Positions 1 to 9,269 of a stretch of 64,000 bases of DNA are shown one piece after another. The stretch is from Kiritimatiellia bacterium. Its GTDB lineage: Bacteria > Verrucomicrobiota > Kiritimatiellia > CAIQIC01 > Lenti-01. The translations under genes were made by a program, and so were the position numbers. The stretch's first letter is position 1, and each line of letters begins with the position of its first letter. The stretch is taken from positions 11,673 to 75,672 of the forward strand of contig JBFXHR010000009.1 of assembly GCA_050176815.1 (NCBI GenBank), read 5' to 3'. Under the pieces are notes generated by a model. The model saw only the letters and a list, made by a program, of their open reading frames with translations. It had not been told where the DNA came from and made no database searches.

Positions 1-1
1 C

Positions 2-640
2 CTCGCGCAAGATGAAATCCGCCTCCCCGGCGACCGCTGGCGCATCGCCGCGTGGGACCCCGACGGCGGCATCAAAATCCGCCACCTCCCCGACCACCGC
101 GATCTCTGGATCCTTGCCGGACGCCAAATCGTTTCCGCCGAACGCATCGAAGTCTGCTCCCTCTTTTCCGACGAGCCCATCGCCGACGGTCCGCCCGCGC
201 GCGAAATCGTCCGCGCCATCCTCGCCGCCGGCGGATGGCCCGCGCTCGACTGGGCCCCCGGCAAATGGCTGTTCGCCCGCGGCCAACTCGTCCGCCGACT
301 CGTGCGGGAATTCCCTCCCGCGCAGCTGCTCCTCGTCGATACCTCCCTGCGACCCCTCGGCTGGCCCGCCCCGCGCCTCTATGCCCAGGCCCGCAAGCAA
401 GGCCGCGCCGTCCTCGCCGGCTCCGACCCCCTGCCCGTGGCGGGCGAAGAACGCGTCGCGGGATCCTACCATTGCGTTTTTTCCATTCCCGCCCCGGAAG
501 ACCCGGCCCGCCTCGTCGCGCCCCTGAAGGCCGCCCTCGCGGCCGGCATCGCGCCCATCGCTTTCGGCGGGCGCCGCGGCTCTCCGCTTTCCGTGTTCCG
601 CCGCCTCCGCCTCAACGCGCGGGAGAAGCAGACGCCATGA
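2..640 (+). CDS. 5'-truncated hypothetical protein, possibly PHP-like
   Basis: Frame of ORF 302..640 is open from the window edge (LAQDEIRLPGDRW...AGRQIVSAERIEV...WAPGKW...AGSDPLP); its stop overlaps the next ATG (ATGA). Confidence 0.6.
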   Translation, partial: LAQDEIRLPGDRWRIAAWDPDGGIKIRHLPDHRDLWILAGRQIVSAERIEVCSLFSDEPIADGPPAREIVRAILAAGGWPALDWAPGKWLFARGQLVRRLVREFPPAQLLLVDTSLRPLGWPAPRLYAQARKQGRAVLAGSDPLPVAGEERVAGSYHCVFSIPAPEDPARLVAPLKAALAAGIAPIAFGGRRGSPLSVFRRLRLNAREKQTP

Positions 641-1815
641 CCGCCGGAAAAACGCGCGTCCTGTTGATTTCCCCCCAGCCCTTTTTCCAGTGGCGCGGCT
701 CGCCCCTGCGCGTCCGCTTCAATGCCCAGGCCCTCGCCGAACTCGGCTACGAGGTCGATCTCCTCGTCATGCCCGTCGGCGAAGACAAGCCGATTCCCGG
801 CGTGGTCCTCCACCGCGCGCCCAACGTCATCCGCGCGAAAAACCTCGCCATCGGCCCCTCCGCCCCCAAGGCCATCCTCGACGTCGCGCTCTACTGCAAA
901 GCCTCGTCCCTCGCGCGCCGCCACCGCTACGCCGTCATCCACGGCATCGAGGATGCCGGCCCCATCGCCGCCGTCCTCGCCCGCCGCCACGGCGCCAAGA
1001 TGGTCTTCGAAAAGCACTCCGACCCCGCGTCCTACAAAAAGGGTTTCGTCCGCAATCTCGTCATGGCCGCCTACCGCCGCGTCGAGCGCTTCTCGATCCT
1101 CCGCGCCGACGCCGTCATCGGCACCGGCCCCGCGCTCGTCGCGCAAGCCCGGCAGATCGCCCCCGGCAAACCCGTGCACCACGTCTTCGACATCCCCTCC
1201 TCGCTCGTCGAACCCGACCCGGCGAAAACCCGGGAAGCCCGCGAGCGCCTTGGGCTTCCGCCCCACGCCGTCCTCGCCCTCTACGTCGGTTCCTTCGCCG
1301 TCTACCAAGGCATCGACCTCCTTTTCCGCGCCATTCCCCTTGCCCTGCGTCCAAACCCCAACCTGCATTTCGCCGTCATCGGCGGCAGCCCCGAACAGGT
1401 TTCCCTGCGCCAAACCGAGCTGATGGACCTCGGCCTGGCCGACCGCGTCTTTTTCCCCGGCCACATCCACCCCGACGAACTTCCGCACGTCCTCGCCGGC
1501 GCCGACCTCCTCCTCTCCCCCCGCATCGCCGGCGGCAACACCCCCCTCAAGCTGCTCGACTACCTCAAGGCCGGCCGCGCCATCGTCGCCTGCGACAACC
1601 CCGCCAACCGCCTCATCCTCGACGATTCCAACGCCCGCCTCGTCGCCCCGACTCCGGAAGCCTTCGCCGCCGGCATCGTCGCCCTGGCGACCGACGCCCC
1701 GCTGCGCGAACGCCTCGGCGACGCCGGGCACCGGCTGTATCTCTCCACCTACAACTACGCCCAATACAAGCAGCGCCTCGCCGACGCCTACCGCCAACTG
1801 CTGGGAAAGCCCTGA
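637..1815 (+). CDS. Glycosyltransferase family 4 (GT-B)
   Basis: MTAGKTRVLLISPQPFF..., YVGSFAVYQGIDLL, NTPLKLLDYLKAGRAIVA; ATG 637 overlaps the upstream stop. Confidence 0.9.
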   Translation: MTAGKTRVLLISPQPFFQWRGSPLRVRFNAQALAELGYEVDLLVMPVGEDKPIPGVVLHRAPNVIRAKNLAIGPSAPKAILDVALYCKASSLARRHRYAVIHGIEDAGPIAAVLARRHGAKMVFEKHSDPASYKKGFVRNLVMAAYRRVERFSILRADAVIGTGPALVAQARQIAPGKPVHHVFDIPSSLVEPDPAKTREARERLGLPPHAVLALYVGSFAVYQGIDLLFRAIPLALRPNPNLHFAVIGGSPEQVSLRQTELMDLGLADRVFFPGHIHPDELPHVLAGADLLLSPRIAGGNTPLKLLDYLKAGRAIVACDNPANRLILDDSNARLVAPTPEAFAAGIVALATDAPLRERLGDAGHRLYLSTYNYAQYKQRLADAYRQLLGKP

Positions 1816-1820
1816 ACGGC

Positions 1821-2456
1821 TTATTCGAACTCGTCTTCCAAGTCGACCAGCCGATATCCCCCCGCGAGGGCCAAGGCCCGGATCTTGTTGTTCAGGTCTT
1901 TGATTTTCGCGTTGTTTCCCGCGTAGGCTCCGGACATCGGCGTCAACGTGGCCAGAATCGGGCACGTAAAGGCATGCTCGGCGGAATCGCAAATGAACTT
2001 CAGGTTTTCGATCGTATAGTAGGCCGGTTTGCCCGTGATGACGTCGTTGGCGCCGTACAGGACGCAGAGGTAGGCCGGCCGGTATTGGTACAGCAGGCTG
2101 CGCACGCGGGTGGCGCCGCGAATGCTTTGGCTGCCGCTTATGCCGGCATTGACGCAGGTCTTGTCCGTCATCGTTTCGAGATAGGCCGGATAGCCGGTCG
2201 CCCCGTAGCCCTCCGTGATGCTGTCGCCGAGGCACACCACCACGTCCGAATGGTTGCTGCTGCCGTTCGAAACGGAGTCGATTTCGTCGGTGAACGCCAT
2301 CGCCACGACCTGGCTGCCCCATTCGCTCGGATGCAGCCCGTCGGACTGCATCAGCGAGGAGTCGGCCGCCAGGGCTTTCGGAGCGGAGCCCACGACCAAA
2401 CACGACGCGGCAACAAACGCAACGGCACGAAACGACTTCCAACACGCCATGCTCAT
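1821..2456 (-). CDS. Secreted SGNH/GDSL hydrolase
   Basis: Signal peptide; blocks GDSITEG, NAGISG, GAND; AAGGAGA RBS upstream of ATG 2456. The terminal DxxH block is not evident. Confidence 0.8.
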   Translation of the reverse strand: MSMACWKSFRAVAFVAASCLVVGSAPKALAADSSLMQSDGLHPSEWGSQVVAMAFTDEIDSVSNGSSNHSDVVVCLGDSITEGYGATGYPAYLETMTDKTCVNAGISGSQSIRGATRVRSLLYQYRPAYLCVLYGANDVITGKPAYYTIENLKFICDSAEHAFTCPILATLTPMSGAYAGNNAKIKDLNNKIRALALAGGYRLVDLEDEFE

Positions 2457-2476
2457 TCCATCTCCTTTACAAAAAA

Positions 2477-2551
<75 letters not shown>

Positions 2552-2606
2552 AATCAGCATGCCGTGTTCTACTCCAGCCCCGGGGGCGTTGTCCATAGCG
2601 ATTTTG

Positions 2607-2635
2607 TTGAAAGCGCCCGTCCGGGCGGGTATAGT
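2607..2635 (+). promoter_or_regulatory. Sigma70-type promoter, probably leaderless
   Basis: TTGAAA(2607)-N17-TATAGT(2630), 6 nt before ATG 2642. Confidence 0.6.
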
Positions 2636-2641
2636 GCGCCC

Positions 2642-3451
2642 ATGAGTTGCTCCATCCGGTCTGCCGCGCTGGCATGGCTTCTGCCCTGCCTGCTTTTGCC
2701 TGCCCGCGGCGCGTCCGAAGAACTCGTTTTTTCCGGCGGCCAGATCGTCTGCGAAATCTCCACCGCCCAAAAAGCCTTGCCGGAACGGGTTCTCTCCACG
2801 CTGCCCATCGCGATGAACGCCGCGCTGGAGCACGTCGGCGCCCCCGCCGGGAAGGCCCGCCTCGCCATCCGCCTGCAAACACCCCCGCCTTTCTACAAGC
2901 GCGCCAAGGCCCTCTTCCGCGCCGAGGCGTTTGCCGTCCAGGAAGGCGACGAAATCCGGCTGCATGCGGGCCACGATCCGCTCAAGCTCGCTTTCCGCCT
3001 GGGCCACGAGCTGTCGCACTGGCTGGCGTACAAACGGCATCCCGTCCGCCCCCCCCTCTGGCTGGACGAAGGGCTGGCCCAGCTCGTCGGAGCCGCCGCC
3101 GCCGACACCTGCGCGCGTACCCGCAAGCAAACGCTGGATCGGCCCGTTTCCCCCGACCTTGCCGACCATCTATTTGGCCTCGGCGAGTTGACGGCGCTGA
3201 CGGCTTATCCCCGCAACGCCGACGCCGCCGCCGCCTTCTACTGGCAGGCCGAAGCGCTCGTCGGCGCCATCCGGAAAAAACTGGGGCCCGCGGATTTCGC
3301 CGTCTATCTGGGCCTCCTGTCCGTGCCCGACGCGCCCGACTGGCAACGGCCCCTGCGCGAACGCTGGTATTTCTCCGACTGGGACGTGAACTGGCTCGCG
3401 GAGCGGATCCGGCCGGATCCACAAAACCCCGATGTCCCATTTCCAAGATAA
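2642..3451 (+). CDS. Secreted zincin-like (HExxH...E) metallopeptidase
   Basis: Signal peptide; LGHELSHW...PLWLDEGLAQ motif. Confidence 0.7.
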   Translation: MSCSIRSAALAWLLPCLLLPARGASEELVFSGGQIVCEISTAQKALPERVLSTLPIAMNAALEHVGAPAGKARLAIRLQTPPPFYKRAKALFRAEAFAVQEGDEIRLHAGHDPLKLAFRLGHELSHWLAYKRHPVRPPLWLDEGLAQLVGAAAADTCARTRKQTLDRPVSPDLADHLFGLGELTALTAYPRNADAAAAFYWQAEALVGAIRKKLGPADFAVYLGLLSVPDAPDWQRPLRERWYFSDWDVNWLAERIRPDPQNPDVPFPR

Positions 3452-3469
3452 GGCCGTTCCCTTGTTCGG

Positions 3470-3504
3470 TTGGACATTGAATATTGGACATTGGATATTG
3501 AATC
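3470..3504. repeat. Heptamer tandem array (TTGRAYA family), 5 units
   Basis: TTGGACA TTGAATA TTGGACA TTGGATA TTGAATC. Confidence 0.85.
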
Positions 3505-3535
3505 CTTCTCCCGACAAGGAGGTCGGGTCATCACC

Positions 3536-4816
3536 ATGACCGAGATGCACAACCTTTCGTCTGGCGCTCCCGAACAGGCCTGGCTCGTCGCCACCACCCT
3601 GGGCGACCAGCCCCGCGCCGAAGTGGAAGATTCCCTCCGCGAATTGCGCGCGCTGGCCGATACGGCCCGTGCCGAGGTCCTCGGCGAAACCCTCTGCCGC
3701 CTGCGCGCCATCCAGCCGGCCACCTATATCGGCCGGGGCAAGGCCGGGCAAATCGCCGCCGAAGCCAAAGCCGCCGGGGCCGGCGTCGTGATTTTCGACG
3801 ACGATCTTTCCCCCGCGCAGGGCCGCGCCCTCGAGGAAATCTTCGGCGTGCGCATCGTGGACCGCACCCAGCTCATCCTCGACATCTTCGCCCAGCGCGC
3901 CCGCACGCTCGAGGGCGGCCTCCAGATCGAACTGGCCCAGCTCCACTATCTGCTTCCCCGCCTGCGCGGCCTGTGGACGCATCTGGAACGGCAAAAGGGC
4001 GGCATCGGGCTCAAGGGCCCCGGCGAAAAGCAGCTCGAACTCGACCGCCGCCGCATCGAACAGCGCATCGGCCGCATCCGCGAACAGCTCCAGATCGTCC
4101 GCCAGCGCCGCGCCGAATTGCGCCGCGGACGCCGCCGCCACGGCTGGGCCCTGCTGACGCTCGTCGGCTATACCAATGCCGGCAAGTCCACCCTCCTCAA
4201 CCGTCTCACGGACGCCGGCGTGTTGGCCGACGACCAGCTGTTCGCCACGCTCGATCCCACCACCCGCCAGCTCCGCCTGCCCAACCACCAGCTTTGCCTG
4301 TTGACCGACACCGTCGGATTCATCCGCAAGCTGCCCCACCACCTCGTCGAGGCCTTCAAGGCCACGCTGGAGGAAGTCAACGAAGCCGATCTGCTCTTGC
4401 ACGTGATCGATGCCGCCCAGCCGCGCGTGGACGAGCAAATCGACGCCGTCGAGGCCGTGCTGCGGGAACTGGACGCGCAGGACAAGCCCGTCCTCGCCGT
4501 GTTCAACAAGACCGACCTGGATCGCGGCCGCAACCAAGCCATCCGCCTCGCCGACCGGTTCCGCCAGTCCGTATCCATCTCCGCCGCCACCGGCGAAGGC
4601 ACGCCAACCCTCTGCCAAACCGTTGCCGACCTGCTGCGCGAACGCGTCAAACACCTGCATCTGGTCATCCCCGCCGGCGAAGGCCGGTTGGTCGCCGCCC
4701 TCCATGCCAACGGGAAAGTGCTGGAACAAAAGGTCCGCGGGAAAAACCTGCACGTCGAGGCCATCGTTTCGGCGGCCTTCGCCGCCACGGTCGACCCCAA
4801 GTGGATCTCGGCGTGA
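3536..4816 (+). CDS. hflX: GTPase HflX
   Basis: DRTQLILDIFAQRART, GPGEKQLELDRR, GYTNAGKST, LFATLD, DTVGFI, NKTD; AGGAGG upstream. Confidence 0.95.
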   Translation: MTEMHNLSSGAPEQAWLVATTLGDQPRAEVEDSLRELRALADTARAEVLGETLCRLRAIQPATYIGRGKAGQIAAEAKAAGAGVVIFDDDLSPAQGRALEEIFGVRIVDRTQLILDIFAQRARTLEGGLQIELAQLHYLLPRLRGLWTHLERQKGGIGLKGPGEKQLELDRRRIEQRIGRIREQLQIVRQRRAELRRGRRRHGWALLTLVGYTNAGKSTLLNRLTDAGVLADDQLFATLDPTTRQLRLPNHQLCLLTDTVGFIRKLPHHLVEAFKATLEEVNEADLLLHVIDAAQPRVDEQIDAVEAVLRELDAQDKPVLAVFNKTDLDRGRNQAIRLADRFRQSVSISAATGEGTPTLCQTVADLLRERVKHLHLVIPAGEGRLVAALHANGKVLEQKVRGKNLHVEAIVSAAFAATVDPKWISA

Positions 4817-4819
4817 GCG

Positions 4820-6166
4820 TCAATCCCGGCCGGCCAAGGCTTGGGCCACAACGGCCGCCACGGTACCGGTCACGATGCCGGAACCGAACAACTGCCGGGC
4901 CCAGTCGGGAAATTGCGAGAGCATGCGCGGCTCCAAAGTGACGGCCAACCCGGCGCCCAGGCTGGTGGCGACCACCAGAAGGCTTTTGCGGCCGAATCCG
5001 CCCGACGCCATGAGCCGGATGCCGGAGGCCGCCACCGTGCCGAACATCACCAGCGTGGCCCCGCCCAGGACGCAGGTCGGCACCAGCGTGAAAATCCACG
5101 CCACGCCCGGCACCAGCCCCATGACCACGAGGAACAGCGCAATCCACATTCCGACCCGGCGGCTCGCGATGCCCGTCAATTGGATCACGCCGTTGTTCTG
5201 GCTGAACGACGTCGTCGGAAACGCCCCGAACATCGTCGCCACCATGGAATTCAATCCGTCGGCCAGAATGCCGCCGCTGAGCCGCCGCTCGTAGAGGGGC
5301 CCTGAGGTCGGCTCGCCGGAGACCATGCTGGTCGCCGTGATGTCGCCGATGGTCTCGACGGTCGAGGCCAGGTACATCAGCGCCATGGGCAAAATCCACT
5401 CCCAGCGGAACTGGAGGGCGATCTTGAAAGGCACGGGCACCGCGATCCAGGGGCCCGTCCATGCGGGAACCTCGACGGCGCCGGCCCCGGCCGCGGCCAG
5501 CGTGCCCGCCACGATGCCGCCCATCAGCGCCCCCATGCGGAACCCGGGAATGCGCGACCGGTTCATGGCCAGCACGACGCCCGCCGAAAACACGGCCAGG
5601 GCCACGTCGCGCGGAGCGCCGAACGTCCCCGCCTCCAGCGCCGCCGATCCGCCCCCGATTTGCATCGCGGAGACCTTGACGAGCGTCAGGCCGATCAGCG
5701 TGATCACGATGCCGGCCACCAGCGGCGTGATGACCGCGCGGATCGTGGGCAGGATCTGGCTGATCGCCACTTCCACGAGCGCGCAGACCAGCCCCATGCC
5801 GAGCATCAGCCCCAGCATCTGTTCCGGCGCGTCGCCCCGCGCCAGCCCGGCCGTCGCCATGCCGGCGAAAACCGCGATGAAACTCGAACTGGTGCCTTGG
5901 ATGCTCAGCAAACCCGAACCGACGGCGCCGAACCGGTGGATCTGGATGAACGTCGATGCGCCCGAAATGAACAGCGACATGCCCGCCACGTGGCGCGTCA
6001 GTTCCGGCGACGCCCCGCACAGGCCGCAGACGATCAGCGCCGGCGTCACGATGCCCGCGAAAATCGCGAGCAGATGCTGGATCGCGGCCCCCATCGCCAC
6101 GCGCAGCGGCGGCGTCGATTCCAGCCCGAACAGGATGTCCGATCCCCCCGCGCTCTTCTCATTCAT
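4820..6166 (-). CDS. Xanthine/uracil permease (NCS2/NAT family)
   Basis: Polytopic membrane protein; QHLLAIF, ETIGDITAT, NAT signature SFSQNNGVIQLTG. Confidence 0.92.
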   Translation of the reverse strand: MNEKSAGGSDILFGLESTPPLRVAMGAAIQHLLAIFAGIVTPALIVCGLCGASPELTRHVAGMSLFISGASTFIQIHRFGAVGSGLLSIQGTSSSFIAVFAGMATAGLARGDAPEQMLGLMLGMGLVCALVEVAISQILPTIRAVITPLVAGIVITLIGLTLVKVSAMQIGGGSAALEAGTFGAPRDVALAVFSAGVVLAMNRSRIPGFRMGALMGGIVAGTLAAAGAGAVEVPAWTGPWIAVPVPFKIALQFRWEWILPMALMYLASTVETIGDITATSMVSGEPTSGPLYERRLSGGILADGLNSMVATMFGAFPTTSFSQNNGVIQLTGIASRRVGMWIALFLVVMGLVPGVAWIFTLVPTCVLGGATLVMFGTVAASGIRLMASGGFGRKSLLVVATSLGAGLAVTLEPRMLSQFPDWARQLFGSGIVTGTVAAVVAQALAGRD

Positions 6167-6286
6167 GCGCCACCTCCGCCAATAAATCCAGCTGTCTCGC
6201 CGGAACCCTTTGCTGCGTCGCGCGTCCGACCCGCAAGGCCCATCTCGCATCCGCCACCCGCATGGGACAACCCCGGTCGCGACTGA

Positions 6287-7033
6287 CTACGCGCCGTCCC
6301 GCGCGGCGGCGAGCAGCTCGGCCAGGGTCGTGCGCCCCTCGTAGAGCGCCTTGCCCACGATGGCCCCCGCCAGGTTCGCCTTGCCCAGCGCCCGCAGGCG
6401 GCGCACGTCGTTCGCCGTCGTGATGCCGCCGGAGGCGACGACGCGGCACGCCGGGCCCACCGCGTCGCACAGGTGCGCGTTGCCCGCGAAATTCGGCCCC
6501 CGCAGCATGCCGTCGGTGGCCGTGTCGGTGTAGATGATCGTCCGGACGCCGGCGTCCGCCGCGCGCCGGCCCAGCTCGACGGCCGTGACGCGCGACGTTT
6601 CCGTCCAGCCCTTCGTCTGCACGAAGCCGTCGCGCGCGTCGATGCCCACCGCCAGCCGATCGCCGTACTTCGCCGCCAGCGCCGCCAGTTCGTCCACGCG
6701 TTCCAGCGCGCGCGTGCCCAGAATGGCCCGGCGCACCCCGCGCGCCAGCAGCGCATCGAGGTCCGCATCCGTCCGCAGCCCCCCGCCGCATTCCACCGGA
6801 ATGCCCGCCGCCGCCGCCATGTGCCCGACCACGTCCAGATGCGCGGGCTTTCCCTGGAACGCGCCGTCCAGATCCACCACGTGCAGCCACGCCGCGCCCT
6901 GCCGCGCCCACTCGCGCGCCTGCGCGACCGGATCGTCCCCGTACACCGTCTCGTCGTCCGCGCGCCCCTGGCGCAGCCGCACGCACTTGCCGCCCTTGAG
7001 ATCCACCGCCGGCAAAATCGCGAAATCGCCCAT
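6287..7033 (-). CDS. hisA: ProFAR isomerase HisA
   Basis: ILPAVDLKGGKCVRLRQG, LHVVDLDGA, GGGLR, DGMLRGPN, ASGG, IVGKALYEG. Confidence 0.95.
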   Translation of the reverse strand: MGDFAILPAVDLKGGKCVRLRQGRADDETVYGDDPVAQAREWARQGAAWLHVVDLDGAFQGKPAHLDVVGHMAAAAGIPVECGGGLRTDADLDALLARGVRRAILGTRALERVDELAALAAKYGDRLAVGIDARDGFVQTKGWTETSRVTAVELGRRAADAGVRTIIYTDTATDGMLRGPNFAGNAHLCDAVGPACRVVASGGITTANDVRRLRALGKANLAGAIVGKALYEGRTTLAELLAAARDGA

Positions 7034-7037
7034 GCCC

Positions 7038-7655
7038 CTACTCCTTGCTCCATTCAATGAAATTGCCCAGCAGCCGCAGGCCCGCCTGCTGGCTTTTTTC
7101 CGGATGGAACTGCACCGCCGCCGTCCGCCCGCGCCACACCGCCGAAGCGTATTCCGCGCCGTAGGTCGTCCAGCCTGCGTCCCAGCCTTCCGCGCCGGGC
7201 AGATAGTACGAATGCACGAAGTAGAAATACGTCCCGTCGGGAATCCCCCGGAACAGCGGGCAATCCCGCCCCGGCGCCCGCCTCACGCGGTTCCAGCCGA
7301 TTTGCGGAACCTTCAGCCCCGGCGCCGCGGCGAATTTCACCACCGGCGACGGCACGACGCCGAACCCATCGACTCCGGGCGATTCCTCGCTCGATTCCGC
7401 CAGCACCTGCAGGCCCAGGCAAATGCCCAGCAGCGGCCGGTCCGCCGCCATCCATTCCCGCAACGGCTCCACGTAGCCGTGCCGTCCCAGGTTCGCCATG
7501 CAATCCGCGAACGCCCCCACGCCCGGCAAAATCAGCGCATGGCACCCGGCCATTTCCTCCGGCCCCGCCAGGACGCGCGCCGGCGCCTTCAGGTACGCCA
7601 GCGCATTGGCCACGCTCCCGAGGTTCCCCATCCCGTAGTCGACCACGCCGATCAT
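7038..7655 (-). CDS. hisH: Imidazole glycerol phosphate synthase glutaminase subunit
   Basis: VDYGMGNLGSV, LPGVGAF, GICLGLQ, YFVHSY, QFHPEKS. Confidence 0.96.
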   Translation of the reverse strand: MIGVVDYGMGNLGSVANALAYLKAPARVLAGPEEMAGCHALILPGVGAFADCMANLGRHGYVEPLREWMAADRPLLGICLGLQVLAESSEESPGVDGFGVVPSPVVKFAAAPGLKVPQIGWNRVRRAPGRDCPLFRGIPDGTYFYFVHSYYLPGAEGWDAGWTTYGAEYASAVWRGRTAAVQFHPEKSQQAGLRLLGNFIEWSKE

Positions 7656-7659
7656 GGGA

Positions 7660-8250
7660 TCAGAGAACGCCCTTGCTCGACGGCACGCCCTGCACCCGGG
7701 GATCGCGGCGGCAGGCCGCCTTCAGCGCCCGCGCCAGGCCCTTGAACACCGACTCCCACGCGTGGTGCGCATCCGTCCCGTAGAACTGGCGGACGTGCAG
7801 GTTCATCCGCGCCTGCGTCGCGAACGCCCGCAGGAATTCCCCCAGCAGACTCAGCTCGAAATCGAGGATTTTCTTTTTCCGGTTCGCCATCTCCAGCACG
7901 AGATACGGCCGCCCGCCGAGATCCAGCGCCACGCGCGACAGCGTCTCGTCCATCGGCATCAGGCTGAACCCGTAGCGTTCGATGCCCTTGCGGGCGCCCA
8001 GCGCCTGATTCAGCGCGTCGCCCAGCGCGAGGCCCACGTCTTCCACCGTGTGGTGGTGGTCCACCGCGAGATCGCCCGTCGCCTTCAGCTGCAGGTCGAT
8101 CAAGGAATGCTTCGCGAACAGCTCCAGCATGTGGTTGAAGAACGGCAGGCCGGTGTCGATCTCGTACCGCCCGTTGCCGTCCACGTCCAGTGCCAGCCGA
8201 ATCTGCGTCTCGCGCGTGTTCCGCGCCACGATGGCCTTGCGTTTCTTCAT
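7660..8250 (-). CDS. hisB: Imidazoleglycerol-phosphate dehydratase
   Basis: RNTRETQI, FFNHML, DHHHTVEDVG, PMDE, HHAWESVFK, PSSKGVL. Confidence 0.96.
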   Translation of the reverse strand: MKKRKAIVARNTRETQIRLALDVDGNGRYEIDTGLPFFNHMLELFAKHSLIDLQLKATGDLAVDHHHTVEDVGLALGDALNQALGARKGIERYGFSLMPMDETLSRVALDLGGRPYLVLEMANRKKKILDFELSLLGEFLRAFATQARMNLHVRQFYGTDAHHAWESVFKGLARALKAACRRDPRVQGVPSSKGVL

Positions 8251-8384
8251 GATGCCCCGCAGGATACCCGCCCGCATCCCGCCGCGCAACGGATTTCCGC
8301 CCCCGCCAAATCGCTTGCGGCGCAAGCGGCCCTCCCGTATATTCCCCCTTGCAGGGTATCCCCTTGCGAGGAAGGAAGTCGACC

Positions 8385-9269
8385 ATGGCTCTGATCAATT
8401 TCGATTGCCCCGAATGCGGGCACAACCTCGAAGTGGACGAAGGCGGCGCCGGATTCATCGTCAAATGCCCCGAATGCGGCAATCCCCTGCAGATTCCCCA
8501 ACTGCCCAAATCCCGCCGCCTCCGCAAACTCGCCGTGGCCGTCGGCACCCTGCTGGCCATCGTCCTGCTCGTCGCGGCCAACCTCTTTCTCTGGTCCCGC
8601 GCGCGCAATCTCGGCCGGGAATTGAACGATACCCGCCAGGCGCTGGCCGAAACCGTCCGGGACAACCAGGCCCTGATCGCGACGCAGGACGGAGCCCTCC
8701 AAAAACTGTCCAAGGACCTGGCCGCCGCCCAAACGCATATCCGCGGCCAAGAGGCCTTGGCCCAGGCCGCGCTCGCCGCCGTCGAGACCGCCGAGTCCCT
8801 GGCCGGCGAACTGGAAACCGCCACCCGCAAGCTCCTGGAAAAGAGCCCCGACGACCGCGGCGAACTCCTGCGCAAACACATGCGCCAGCGCGTCGAGGCC
8901 TCCCGCAACAGCCTGCCCGCCGCCCCCTCCATCACCGACACCGCTCCCGGCCGCGGCATCCAGGGCCGCCTGATCGTCTTCCCCGTCCTGCCCGGCCCCG
9001 ACGGGCAAGCCCTCCGCGAAAACGCCGAAATCACCGGCGTCGACGGCGAACAGGTCTCCGTCAAGTTCCTCGGCGGCACCGCCTCCTACAAGCTCACCGA
9101 GCTCCACCCCGGCGTCGCCGCCTTCCTGCCCGTGGATCCCCTGCTCGTCCTGCCCCGTTCGCAATGGAATGCCGAAGTCGTGCGCATCCAGCAGACCGCC
9201 AACGCCCAGCGCGACGAAAAGCTCAAGCAACTCCGCGACGCCATCCAAGCCCAGCTCCCCGCCGAATGA
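8385..9269 (+). CDS. Zinc-ribbon membrane protein with coiled coil (hypothetical)
   Basis: CPECG...CPECG N-terminus, one TM helix, helical coiled-coil region; AAGGA RBS. Confidence 0.75.
   Translation: MALINFDCPECGHNLEVDEGGAGFIVKCPECGNPLQIPQLPKSRRLRKLAVAVGTLLAIVLLVAANLFLWSRARNLGRELNDTRQALAETVRDNQALIATQDGALQKLSKDLAAAQTHIRGQEALAQAALAAVETAESLAGELETATRKLLEKSPDDRGELLRKHMRQRVEASRNSLPAAPSITDTAPGRGIQGRLIVFPVLPGPDGQALRENAEITGVDGEQVSVKFLGGTASYKLTELHPGVAAFLPVDPLLVLPRSQWNAEVVRIQQTANAQRDEKLKQLRDAIQAQLPAE

Noticed and set aside
6167-6286. Purine/PRPP (ykkC-type) riboswitch upstream of the NCS2 permease
   Set aside because: Only the short AGGGTTCCG word matches, and it lies too near the RBS for the rest of the motif; an Rfam scan would be needed.
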